Below, piece by piece: positions 38,186-52,048 of a DNA stretch of 64,000 bases (the first letter of the stretch is position 1; each line of letters starts with the position of its first letter). The DNA is taken from assembly GCA_904063045.1 (NCBI GenBank), contig CAJFCJ010000008.1, positions 124,001-188,000 of the forward strand. Direction: 5' to 3'. Below the pieces are notes generated by a model, which was not told the DNA's origin, did not search any database, and saw only the letters and a program-made list of their open reading frames with translations. The position numbers were made by a program, and so were the translations under genes. The DNA is from Dimorphilus gyrociliatus (taxonomy: Eukaryota; Animalia; Annelida).

Positions 38186-41100
38186 GAGTCAAAAAAAAAG
38201 TAAGAGAACTAGACTATAAAGAAACTTTAGAGGGATAAGAAAAATGGAAATAAAATAGGAAATTTTACTTTGAACCACTTTTAAGAATAATAGGACTATT
38301 GAGATTTTTTCGTCTGACTTTTATCTCTAAAATTTACCTATGGAGACGATGGATAAACAATAGACTAGTAGTTCTTAAAGTAGAGAAGGCCTATCTAAGG
38401 GCTTATAGCAAATACCTATATGGAATAAATACTTACTATACATAGATTACTACAATACTTGTATGCGTAAATATAGATGTTTGTATTTACTAGCTGAGCA
38501 TATAGATTTAGGGCAGCAAAGAGAAATGTATTTTTCTTTATTTTCTCTTTCATTGAAATAGTATATATGAAATATAAATCTGAAACATGTTAAAGGCGTT
38601 AAGTGTCAACACGTTTTTATACACACATATACTGTATATATATATATACTGGACCAGGTGTCCGCTTAGAGATGTGTGTTGAACTGTATATAATCACTGG
38701 TGTCAGGTGTAGATTATGCGGTTTTGAATTCGACGCCCAGCTCCAAACATAATTACCTATGGTAAAACGTCTAATCACGGGAATTACGTAGCATGGACTA
38801 ATCAGAACCTTTCAACGTTTGACGCTGCACAGAGAGGTTAATAATGCTTCTTCGACACGTACCTTCCGACGCAAGACGACGTAATCGACGTCCAGACGTA
38901 AAAGCGTCTCTTTTGCTTCCGGCTAGTTGGATACGCGTCAGCTTGAATTCTTATTGCGCAACATTTTTTCCGTAATGTATAACTAAAGGGCATGTCATGT
39001 ATCTTGAAATAAAAGAGAAATTCTCTTGAGCTTCCACTGCATCTTTAAAGAGGAGTGTTTTACACCATCTCAACCCCTCTTTATCGCGCGTAATAAATAG
39101 CATTGGTTGCGTAACTCAATGGAAAAATAATGGGAATTAATACAACTACCTATTTGCCCTATATCTTTCATATCTTTTCTTTGACAATTCAATCAAAGTC
39201 CTTTCTCTTGAAAATAGGATTAAGTTAATCATGTGCTAAAAACCGATAAACGAACCACAGGAAGTTCTTTTCCTCTAGATGGATAGTATGTTTCAGTATA
39301 TCGTACTACATAGCCCATACCTCAACACATCTTTCCAAAATATAACTAAAGGGCACGCAATACCACATGTCTGCCGCAATAAAAGAGAACAAAATTCCAG
39401 TTACCTCTAACAAGAATGCTGCGCTTTTAAGTCTGAACCTATTTACATACAAACTTTTTTTGAAAGTAATGTCTTTGTGATTTCTTTCTGTTCTTTAATG
39501 ACTAAAGGCAATGCCACACCCATAACTACACAGAGAAGCGCTAATTACTGTCATGTTGTGATAAAAAAGTGTGCCTATCTCAACAAGTCTTTCATTACCT
39601 AATACAAAACGTGTTGGATAATGTTTGATATAAAAAAAAAGTAAAAATAAAAAACGCCCACAATCATAGTCAGGTGCCAAAGGATGAGGATCTAGGCGTT
39701 ACTTTTTGAGTCGAATATCAATGGGAGATTCTTTTTAAACAACATATGGATTATATAATTTATTTATATCAACTTATCTGAAGGGCATGCCACACGCCTT
39801 CTGCCGATTTTCGTAAAAGGTAGGGAATCCGTCTCTTAATAGGAACATCTGCTTTCTTACCGGGCGGTATAAATTGGCGATTCGACGACTGATAAGTTAA
39901 GTGGCTAACTGACAAGTATTTGGGTCACGTCTGTCGGAATCGAATTAGTTAGGTTATAAATCCTATACGGATACATAGAGAAAAGAGAATCTGGATAATT
40001 TCACAACCTACTTAACCGTATTGAGTTTCGGAGAAACGCCTTTCTTAATAAACTATTAAGTGAATCTTTGATCGCTAGTTACGTCATCAAAGAATCTACA
40101 GCGTCTCCCTAATAAACCGGCTAATGCTCGCATTAGTTTCTATTATGAGTGTTAGAAGAAAAATTTTCCCATACGTAACACAAGTCGGTCCGTCGTGTGA
40201 AGTTGTATTGGATCCCTTCTTTTGTATTTTTTCATAAAAGTACTAGCTGAGGCGTCCTCGCTAGAATGAGAGTTTCATGCTTATTTTTCTTCGTCTTGGT
40301 TCGATAACTTTACCTCCAGGGAAATTGTTCTACTCTTTCTTCATTCTTCGTTAATCGGTTTCGCTTTATATTCTAAGGAATCGATTATCGCTCATAATCA
40401 ATAGTACCAATCAATACACGCGATTTTGCTATTAGCCGGAAAGTGGAAAAGGATAGGGGTGGTCGTCGAAATTGCTCGTGATAATATCTTAATTACAGCC
40501 AAATCACGGCAATTTCAATGCAGAGAAATTTACATCCTAGAGGGCGTGTCACCTTTAATGACTGATTTGGATCTTCTTTAAGGAATCAATATTAAGGAGA
40601 GTCATATCACGTTTTATAAGGCTCTTGAGGACTATTTGACGCCTGGGGAGGAATATTAATAAAGGCGCCGACGCGGTCCGGTTATCGAGTAGTAACACGC
40701 GAGACGAGTATTTCACGGTCGAACGCATAATTCTATAAGACGTAGACGCTTGTTTTTGACGCTCGACGCGTGGACGTCACATGCAAAAAAGCTATAGATC
40801 GAGAAAATTTGCCCACTTATTAGTCTCGTTTTCGTTGTTCGACACGCCCAGTTTGGTTCGTTAGACGGCCAAGAAGCTATATTATTTGATGTAGGCGACA
40901 AATGATGATTAGAGAGCTAACGCCTTTTTGCAATATTGACACAAGACGGAGGTGTCATGCGATTAAAAGGAATTAAAAAAATCCGATAGTGATCAACTAG
41001 GGCTATATAAGACGGCACCCTATCCCTGCAGCCATTGACCAACATCATAAAAGCGTCAATGTTACAAAGGACAACTTCTTTTCCTTTCTTTAAGTAAAAT

Positions 41101-41772
41101 CTAAAGAAATAAAGCAAAATTTATAGATAAATACATTTATTTATTTCACAGCTCAACGTCTTTATTATCGTTGACCAAACTGAGTAAAGGAAAATCCAAT
41201 ATATGGGCCTGTAATATATCTACTAGGATTGGGCAGCGATGCAAACAACGCTTTACGACCAAACGTGCTTCGGCTACGGCTTAGAAAAATGCCCCATAAG
41301 ACTATAAAGCCGGTCGAGCGTTTTTTTCACGTTTTCTACATAAAATGTCTCTTTTCCTAGATATTTTTATGTAAACTTTTTTTGTCGATAGTCACGTTTT
41401 CGAACGCTGCCTTTACAAAGCTTCATCAGCAATATACAATACACCCATTATATATTCCCATTTTCGTTTTCTATATATGCGTTTCGCGACGCAGCTGCGT
41501 CTGGTTTGAACGACGCTCAATACAAACAATCGACATCGATCGGGATAAACTAGGAAATGATCACGTGATAGACAAAACTACTAATATAACTCTTTGTTCA
41601 ATAACGCTTACCATACTTTAAGTATATTGTTTCAAACATATTTTACAATTCAATTATAATACTTAACTAGGAATGGAATAGAATTACATTAATGTCTACT
41701 TTCTTTCAATTTTTACCGCGTAACTAGTTGATTTCATTATAAGAGTTTTATGATGTAATTGTTCTATAACAA

Positions 41773-41816
41773 TCTCTTTCTCTCTCTCTCTCTCTCTGCC
41801 CTCTCTCTCCCTCTCC
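41773..41816. repeat. (CT)n microsatellite, imperfect
   Basis: Read directly from the sequence. Confidence 0.9.
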
Positions 41817-44387
41817 ATCTCTTTTCCTTTAATTCTTTTGCCTTTTCTCTCTCTTTCTATAGTATGTTTATCATTCTTTGTTATTTTGTGGTGAAATTCT
41901 TACGTTAAGTTTACTTAATTGATTTCGAGGCAGTATAAGGATAAAAATCACGCGATTCTAATACAACATCTTTTATTCCTCTCCTCACCACCCAGGAAGT
42001 TATTAACAATATGAACGCGTGCTGATTAGTAAAGATATAAGCCTATAGTATTTCCTGCTAAGTAAATTCAACGTTGATTTTCCGTTTACTTTTTAACTAT
42101 GTGATAATAATTATCTTCTCGTCTTTCTTGCTCTTTTATCTACCTTTGAAAGAGACTTGCACTCTTATCTCATAAATTAGGTAAAATGTTCACTTGTATA
42201 TAAAGCAGAATGATGATGGCGTATGGAATTCCGGGTAAAGGTAATATGATCGTTGCATATATATATATATAAAGTACATGTACTGTACATAGCGTAAATG
42301 CAGTTTGCATTAGGGAACAAAAATAGCTAAAAATATTTCCCATCACTTCTCTTTTTACCTAACCTCTTTCCACCTCTATTTAAAAAAAATTGACTTTTGT
42401 AAGCCTATAACGGAAATTGAACAATAAAATAAATAAGCGATCGTGATTTTTTTTATATTATACTATGGAAAAAAAGAGGAAAGAATAAAGAAGGTAAAAA
42501 CTTTTTTACCACTTCTTTTTTACCGCTTTCTTCAATTCTTCTATTCGTTCTTTCATTCAATTCTTTCTTTCCCCTCTTAGTAATAGTATTCTATTTTCAA
42601 TAGATCTCTTTGAAAAATTGAAAAGAAAGGAGTAAAAATCAAAAAGTAAATGCTTTCAAAGGTTGACTTGATTATAAAGTAATATTAAAAGAACTAAAAA
42701 GTTTCTCTTATGTAAATTAGTAATTTGAAAAAAGATGACAAATATAGTAAACGCAAAAAGTTCTCCGAGGCTTGTAATTAAGCGTCTAGTCGCGTGACCA
42801 TAGACGCTTTTTTTTTCGGGCGCTCTTCCTAAACGATTCTCGTAAATGATTTAGGTGATGAACATTTGCTACAATGTTTACATGCTATCTATTTTATTTT
42901 CAAATTAGTTTATTTCGACTATTTATTATATATAAATAGGCCTATATTTACGCATTTTACAGTCAGTTTCGTCGTTAATGGCCAACAGGAGTTTGTAAAG
43001 TAAATAACAAACTAGATAAACACTGACCACGCAAGCGTCTGTAAGAAAGTCTGCAAGGGGTCGGGGCGAATAAACAAGGGGTTTGCAAATGTTGATTTTG
43101 GCAGAGTTTGTCACTTGCATATTTCCTTTCCTATATATACCCTTATCATTATTTATGGAGTAAAGTTAACTGACGCCTTCTAAAGTTTATCACGTATTAT
43201 TTTACGTTTTTTTTTAAAACGTCCCTCTTGGTGATGCCTCAGGCGTTTAGGAATTCTAATTTTATTATATTTGAAATAAGGGAAAAAGGAAGGAAATTTC
43301 GCTTTTTAGGTTATAAAGTGCTAAGTTTATTTCGTATGGAAGAGATTAGTGGTATCAGGAAAAAGGAGAGACCGATAGTTTACGGTAGAGTTGGCTTCAT
43401 AGATGTATAAATTTCAGCTTGTGGATGAAAAGAAGGTAGCAGACCGTAATGTAAAGTAAATTTATAGCCTCAGTGTGTAATGTATAAAAAGTACATATAC
43501 ATCTGCGTAGATCGTTTAGTCATCTTAGCCTTAAGGCTATCATTTATTATTGTGGTGATTTCAATGCATTTCTCTTTTTTCAATTCACCCTCATGGTGTC
43601 ATTTTTAATAGACTTTATAAGGTCGCCGAGAAAGCAGGCTAAGGTCCCTTTTATTCTATTATCATTGTCGACGGCGGTTCGTAATCTTTCATCGTCCCGG
43701 AGTCCTTTAATCATGGAAAGAAAGAGCGAAAAATTCCCATCTAATACAACTAATAGTTAAAATCACTTTGATCGACGCTACGACCCCTTCACGGCTTCTA
43801 ACCCCTAAGGGAACTCTAATTTATACACCGTCCAGTAAATTTTCGCCTTGTACATATACACAATTTACATCCAGCATGCATATGCAATGTATAAAGCATA
43901 CACGTGCTGGCTGTATATATATACAACTCAAGTAATACGTTAAGTAAATAACTGCTTTATTATTTCCCTTTAATAGAAAGAAAACAGTTCAGACTCTCAC
44001 CTTTAGTACCGTACGTAATTTGGGCTTGGTCGATTATGCAACACTGTTATTGACTGTGTGGCTTGAATTATAAAAGAACAACCGTTCAAGGGGGGCTTCG
44101 TGAACTTTTTTTTCAACTTTATGTACCAATGAGAAGCCATTCAGTATCTACTTAGCCAAATTTGAAATCGTACAAGTTTAATTGGGCAGATGGAAGTCGT
44201 AAAGAGTCCAAGTTTTAATCGCCGTTGGCAATATTATATAAATGTTAAGTTCGAGTAGTTTAAGAGGGCAAAATAAATCTTTTAATCATTTATACAGAAA
44301 TTAGGTTAATCGAAGCAAATGTTGTGAGTGAGCTGAGATATTGAACAATTTTTTTGTGAGATATAGCTACAAGGACAGTGGGTGAAA

Positions 44388-44580
44388 AGAGAGAGAGGCA
44401 GAGAGAGCGCGCGCGCAATAGAAAAAGATAGAGAGAAGGTTAGAACAAGAGACAACAAGAGAAAGAAAGGGTAAAAGAAAGAGAGAGAAACAGAGAGACT
44501 GAGGACAGGAGATAGAACAAGAAACAATATGAGAGATAGACAGATAGAAAGAGAGAGAGAGAGAGAGAGAGAGAAGATAA
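44388..44580. repeat. Purine-rich GA tract ending in (GA)12
   Basis: About 190 nt made mostly of A/G, with perfect (GA)12 at 44551-44574. Confidence 0.85.
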
Positions 44581-47500
44581 AACGGCTATAGGAGGGCGAG
44601 AAATCGCATTATTGATCGAATCGGCTTTAAAAAGCAATAATCCAACTACTCTGATTTTAAAAAAGCTTTATTGTGCTTGTAAATATATTATAAGCCGATA
44701 TTCATTGCAGTAGTAGCTTTACTGAATGAAATAAAAATAGTAGGACGATTATTAGTTTAACACAATTTTATTGCTTTATTGCACCCTTAAAGCTATATAC
44801 TAACTATTTCTCTTTTTCTCACTCGTTTCGTTACTTCTCTAATCATTTTCTTTACTTGGATAAAAGACGAATGGTTTACGTAATCGATGTAACGTGCCGT
44901 TTAAGCTGTTACATAATCACCTTTATATAAATTTCGATAAGAATTGTCAACGGTTCATAGATAAGGAAAGCTTTTAGAAAATCATTAGCGATAAAGTATT
45001 AATTGAAAAAACAAGTTTTTTATTGGAGTAAAACGTAACTTTTTAGGGAACCGGTTAACAAGGCCCTGAGGGACGAGCAATGTCTTTTTATTTTTAGACA
45101 TAGTAAGTGTAGTGAGAAACTAAAGGTTGAAAGAGAAAGATGGTTGGCTATAGGCTAGGAAAATACGAAAAGGAACGCGATGCATTTGTCGTGGAAACCC
45201 TCATTTCCTGATCGTTGTCGGCGCGATGTCAAGCTGACATTAATTAGAAGAAAATCGTAACGCAAACATCTATATATACTTTATATATCTAAGTGCAAAT
45301 CCTCCTGAACTGAGTATTTAACAAGACATATGCTACACATAAAATGATATTATGTAAACATTGTAAACTTTACATCCAATTAACAGAGTTATAATGCAAC
45401 CAAATATAGATTATAAGCTTATACAGAGCTATATAGTGTATATCTGAATACTTTACAATACATATGTATATACAGTAGTAGACTCATTCAGAATATATTC
45501 TGTATATACAGTATATATACTATGTATTATTCATTATTTATATACAGTAAAAAAAACACATAAATATACAGTAGTTATAGAGTACATATAAATATTCTAC
45601 TATTTCACAATATTCTTATAGTATATATAGAGATACTATATATCAAGGCAAGAAGGAAACAATGAAAAATATTATGATTCATTGTAGACTCTGTCAGCTA
45701 TGTATGAGTGAATGCTGATCGTTGAGAAAGATATATTTTGTTACCTGGGTTACCGTTCTTTTAAGTATTGAAACAAGATGAAAAAAAAAGAAAGAATAAG
45801 GTAAAAAAATTGTATCGATTTGCTGAATTTTGCCGGTCTGAACATATTATAAAATTAATTTAGCGTATTGAATCTATTGGTTTTTTTTATTTTAATTTAC
45901 TCTCTCGGTCTAAATAGAAAAGCAATAAGAAAAAGCGAATGAATATACTAAGCAAACACGCGGGGCTTTCTTCACTATATCTCCTCGATTGGGGACGAGT
46001 AGCTCTCGAACGGCAGCTATAATCCGTTGTAAGTGGGGATTTTAATACGTCTAGAGCCATCTATCGGATACTTTTTTTATCCTTCAACCCCAAACATCTT
46101 CTCCCTTGTCCTTTACAAAATAAAAATAGCATTCAAAAGGAATATAAGCTGTCATAATTAAATACTAAAGCTTCGGTTTACATTGTAAAAAGCGTGCGCG
46201 TGTAATGAAAAGCTTCCTTTAATGATGTAGACGTCATAGCGAAGATTCTAATTTTTAAGGCATTCCCCTTCTCATATTTCAAGAACAAAAACAGAAATTA
46301 CAAACTCTTTGATATCTCTTATTGCAATTTGAGACAGCTTTCAAAAATCATCTAAAATTACAAACTTATTATTCTTGTAATTTATAATTCAGTCCGTTAC
46401 GCAACAAAATAAACTTTATTGTTCATAGATAAAGAGAATTATAGGCTACCCGATAATTATTTTAGAACGGGAAAACAATGTCTTGTCACGAACGATTTGT
46501 CAAGTTTCGCATGGCTAAATGGATTTCAGTTTTTGCCTCTGATAGTAAGAGATCTAGAGTAAAAATACTTGCCTTAAATGAAATTGTTTATACAGCAAAC
46601 CGACAGTTTTTTAAACTATGTTGAAAGATAAACGATAATATACATTTAAAGAAATTGAATGAAAAGATAAGAAAGAGGAGGAAGAAAGAAGAATATATTC
46701 TTTCGCCTATTATCATTTGCCCTTCCTCTAAAATCCTCATTCCCCTTTATGCCCTTTTCCTTCTCTATTTACCGATCAGGATAAACCAAGCGTTTTCAGT
46801 TTCCATATACAGAAACTTGCCTCTATCATGGTGAACCTTTTAGGCTCAATCGTTTACTGGCAATTATTATAGCGGATATTATTAGATTGTCTCTGTTATT
46901 TGCGCATATAGTTTGATATAGTCGATCGATAAAACTGCAGAGATGTGGGAGGAAGGAAAGACGGCCCAGACGCAGAAGGGGAGCAAAGTTGATCAAATTT
47001 CTTCTCACTTACTCCTACATCGTGTCCCTAGCGTTAAGTCTATCGATTTGCTAATCTGTTTGCAATATGCAAAACATCTTTCAGCGTATAGTCTCTAATG
47101 TCCAAAGGTACATAATGAAAGAATATACTGTTCAAAAGATGAAATGGCAAGAAGAGGGAGGTGGTTAATGGAATATGGGAAAGAAACCGCCCCTCTCTTT
47201 GAATACATAACACGTTCAGTATTCCCCTTTTCTCCCCCACGATTCCTGATTGGTCGCCACCCTCTCCACGTTCTTTTTTTCTTAAATCAGAATCCATTCC
47301 TCTGCGAGTACGATGGCATATGAATTACAAAAAAACAGAAGAAGGTCGGGGGGGGGGAGGGGGGTGAGAGGGCGGAAAAATGCTTAAAAACTGTACAATA
47401 CTGCTATTGTTCTACAATATTGAAAACTTTTTTACTCCCTTCTCTCTCAAAACTTTTTAAGTTAATTAATTAAATTTCTAGAGAATAGAATTTTCTAGTA

Positions 47501-50500
47501 GATAGGCCTAATCAGATGTGAGCTGGCAGAAATTTAGACGTGGGAGGTAAAAAGTTACGAGTTGTATTAAATTTACAGGAGCCAGTTAAAAAATTTATAT
47601 TATTGGAAAGAGCAGTAACTTGGGAGAAAACGTCGTTATTAGTGTAGAGGCTCGTAAAACTGACAAACAACGCCGGAGGCGAGTAGGATTGATAAGAGAT
47701 TATAGTAACATTAAGATACAACATATATAAACTATACGCCAAACAATTTGGAACTCTAGAGATTCTCAACTGATAGTGTCAAGATTAGTTTGTAGTTTGT
47801 CATCGATTATAGGCCCGCCACAGTAAAGCTATTTGAAGGCGTTACCGCATCACTCGAGCGTCTAACGTGCGGTTAAGCGAGGTCGAATATTGGTTTTTCC
47901 AGCACAGATGCGTTAGAGAAGATGGATTAAATATATAAGCTTAAACTTATTCATAAGAAGATATGTACATTTAGGGTAAAATCGACCTTTCCTCTCTTCC
48001 ATCTTTCATATTGGTAACAGCCAAAGGCGATACTTATAGCTGCTAAGAATTCCTTTTATTACTTAATAATTCGTGCATATGCATATATTGAAAATGAAAA
48101 TATACAATATAAAATGCATCTGTACGTGCTCTGCCAAAGAAAAGGGAAAACAAAAATAACGGTCAAGTTTATCAATGTTGAATTGTCAGATTTTTGCAAT
48201 CTTATCGGTGTTCGATTAATCTATCAACGTAATGTAAAACACGTTCGAATAGGCGTTAGATTTAAATGACTAGTATATAACTATTCAAAACACGTTTTGC
48301 CTTGATTGTCTAAAGTGTCTAATCAATCAATCATTCGTAAATTTCAATTTTTCTAGTTTTATTCATGTCATATAATAATTTTAAAGTTAAATAAAATGTA
48401 TATTGGGAATGCTTTCTGGTTAATTAGCTATTAATATGATTAAAATGTAATTAAAAGTATACCTAATCTTTAAACATTATAAATTACGTGTAGATGATGA
48501 AAGATAGGTAGATTGATAGGTATATAGGGACGTCTAAAATGGAGCTTAAGGACTGCATGTATAAAGAAACGAAAGCATTTCTACAGAGATCCGTTAAGGA
48601 CGTTTTGATCTGATAAATTACCAATTAACCTATTTTTTTTAAAGTAAAAATACTATTAAACGTCCTTGTTCTCGCTCCATAAACTTTAGGTGGTAAAGTT
48701 AATTATGTTATAGTTCGTTAACAGAGGTAATAATTTCCTTTAAATGTAGAAATTAATTAAAATTACTGAGTTTAATAGAGTATTTAAAAAAAAAGAATGG
48801 GAAAACTTTTATAGAGCACTCGGTCGGTCGTTTAATGACAAAAATTGAAGCAATTAAGCAAAGAAGAGGCCTGGACGCTTTGTTCATTAGAAACTTTCGA
48901 CCGGAAATGAAAAAAATTCTCCCTTTCGTTTAGATTGAGAAAGAAGGAATGGATAAAAATGCTTAGGAGGTCTAAAGATTTGTTGTTAATTATAACCTTT
49001 TGGTGGGCGCTTGGGTTGCCTTTTCTCCATCTTCCATGCCTCCCACGGGTGTCTTTTCTTTATTGACTTTGGGGAATTGCTCTCTCTTGTAAGAGTGCGT
49101 GCACGCCTACCTTCATTAGGCTTTATTATGCTACTTTTTACTCGTATTTTTTTGTGCCCTGCAACAACCGCAACAAAAGCCTCGTTCCATCAATCACCGG
49201 AATGACCAGAGGCACGACGGTAGCCATTCTAAATAGAATATCGTTCGTTAGTTTGAATTTAGGAAAACTAATAGAACTTATTGAAAGTAAATTATCTATA
49301 ATTGGATATTTTTTAATCACTATTGAAAGATTCTTTATTATAGCTACTAGTAATATCTTAAGTACAGAATAAAAAAAGAAACGCCCGTTTTTTTCGCCTT
49401 GAAAAACACATTATATAAAAAGAAGTACTCGTACAACCTTTAAAATTTTATAATTAACGAAATCAGTCATTACAAAACGAAATTTAACGCCTAAGACACC
49501 AAAGACAATAATTGATAACGTAATGACTGTATTCATGAGACCAAATTGTTCATTAAAAATAAGAAAGAAAATCCAAAAAACAGAGGTTTTAGAATGTAAT
49601 TATTGTATTTACTAAGACAAGCTTTTCATACAATTGAAATTTGATAATAATCAATTGATTTTTCTATTATTAATAAAAAATATACTTATAATAATCCGCA
49701 ATAAGTACTGGATAATAATGATAAATTGAATAATTCCCACAATTCTAAATATTATAGGATTAAACAATAGTTTTTATACGCCAATGAAAAGAGTATTTTT
49801 ATATTTCTAAGTACGTGGGGGTGTTTAAAAAAAGGATAATTATTTTATTAAAAGTTTATTTTTATGATTTTTTTTATAAATTATTGATTACTAATCAATT
49901 TATATCGATATTAAAAATAGAGTACATTTAATTTTGCAGTTTTCCAGAATAAAATAAAAGCTTTTCTATCTATAGATCTTTCTTCCTCTCTCTGCTTGTC
50001 TCTCTACTGAATAGAATATATTAATAATTGGCTAGAAATTGTTATTATGTTTTTGAAGAAGCGGGGGTGGAAGGGTGGAAAAAGTTGAATGGTTAAATAC
50101 AAAAAGTTAATTGGAAAAGTAATAAATGATGTTTTTCAATGGATTTCTATAAATACAGTAGATACACTGTACGGTGACAATATTTTATATTATACTAATA
50201 TGTACTATTAAATACAATATACTGTATATCGTATATAAATATCTTTCTATCTATTACATTTACTACTAAATCTAATGTGTTTTCGTTCGCGCCGAATTGC
50301 TTTGTTATAACAAAGAAGCATATGAGAAGAAAAAAGCGTCTACATGCCAAATAGCGTTACTAAATATCTATTGGCTAATTTCAATATATGCCCTCTATTT
50401 TCTAATAATAAGAATATTAATAAAAAATGCAGTGAACGATAAAATGAAAGTACAGAAAAAAAAGAGAATAAAAGAATGATTTTTCTCGTGCTAACTTTTT

Positions 50501-52048
50501 TGTAATTCTAAGCGTTTCTATAACTAATTAATAGTTATATATTCACAAGGGAATTGTAAAGAAATTTTTAATACCCGCTAGAAATTGATTGTCAATAAAG
50601 CGTTGGTAAAAGACAAAGGATCATTTAGATATGAAAGAGAAAAAAAGGAAAGAGACGTTAATTCGTTTCTTTTCGTTTTTCTTTCTGTCTATCAATCTGT
50701 AAATTTTTCGCATATTTTCCTAAATGAAGACGACTGTGAGAAATAAATAGAACATATGGAATGAGCTATTCAGGAAAAAAATCAAGTACCTTCTGTGGTT
50801 TATGAAAAATTTCGTTGTTTTTTATTATCTTGTCTTTTAATAAGGCACGCTTTAATTCGGTTTCATGTTGCAATAGCAAGTGACAAATCACACCCAATGT
50901 AAACGTAGCTTCAGACGCCTTTGACGTCTCTTTACGCCGTCAGTAAGGCACGTGCGCAGTGTGCGTATACTGTGGGAAGCTTGTGCAAAATATCGATTGT
51001 CCTTTTCTCTTACTTTTCATCCCCTCCCATTTTCAGACATGTACGCATATACTACGACAACTGTAACGACTGAAAATCAGTGCACTTGACTATTTTCTTC
51101 ATTAAGTTGAGCAACGACGCGTAAAGATCGCGAATATCTACCGTTTCTGCTTTTCTCTAACGATGTGTGGACCAATTCGTCATTTTCTATGCTCCTCTGC
51201 TCTTCCGTTTAATTCAATGTTTAAGAAACAAAGTTAGGAAGAGAGAAGAATTGTTATAGATTTTTCCACTTCGCTAACGCCCTCTGTCCACGGTTGAACA
51301 GGTTTATACGAACCGTTAGAGGGCGCACTAGTCTGGATGTAAACATCCTAAGGAAAGGTTACAAAAATGTAGCAAATGCTGGTATATTTTGCATATAAAT
51401 TGGACGCAATCTTAAAAAAAAACTTATTAGAAAGCAAAATCAAAGAAAACACGAAAGCGCTTGGGAAAAAACTTTAAGCGTCTTTTTTTTGTTGTTGCTA
51501 AAGGCGTTATACGCATGTGTACACATAGCCGGGTGCAACATACACAGAAAGGAGGAGAGTTTAGGATGCTGTATGAATGTTTTATTATATCTAACGAATT
51601 CGTATATATGCCAAGAAGCAAACATAACGAAAATATAAAGGGGCTATCAAATAGCAATATAAATTGCAAGTCATAAAAAATTTCCTACCTCCCCTACAAT
51701 GATTTTCTTTCTTTTAATCTCACTGTTACCTTTCATAATGTTTACTTTTCGAACATTTTTTATACTTTTTATAAGTTTTCATATTTATTCTTACCTAGGT
51801 AATATCAATAGGTAAAAACAACTGGTGATAGTATAAAAGTAGCGAATGTAAAGAATATAGGAGATTGTTTTCCATAAAATAAGTAAGAAAGCACCTGTTT
51901 TTTCTTCATCTTTCTACTTTTCTTACGTATACCTATGTGTATAAACAAATATATATATAGATATGTTTCTTTTGCAGTTTTAATATATATTTATTCATTG
52001 GTACTTTCATTCCTACCCGATTCAAATTTCTTTTTTTTAAGTTAGGAA

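Noticed and set aside
40001-40015. TCACAACCT, a miR-67/307-like seed with a partial upstream complement
   Set aside because: The 3' part does not match, pairing is weak and the loop (about 45 nt) is too long.
50841-50850. TAAGGCACGC, the first 10 nt of miR-124
   Set aside because: The match stops after 10 nt and there is no hairpin arm.
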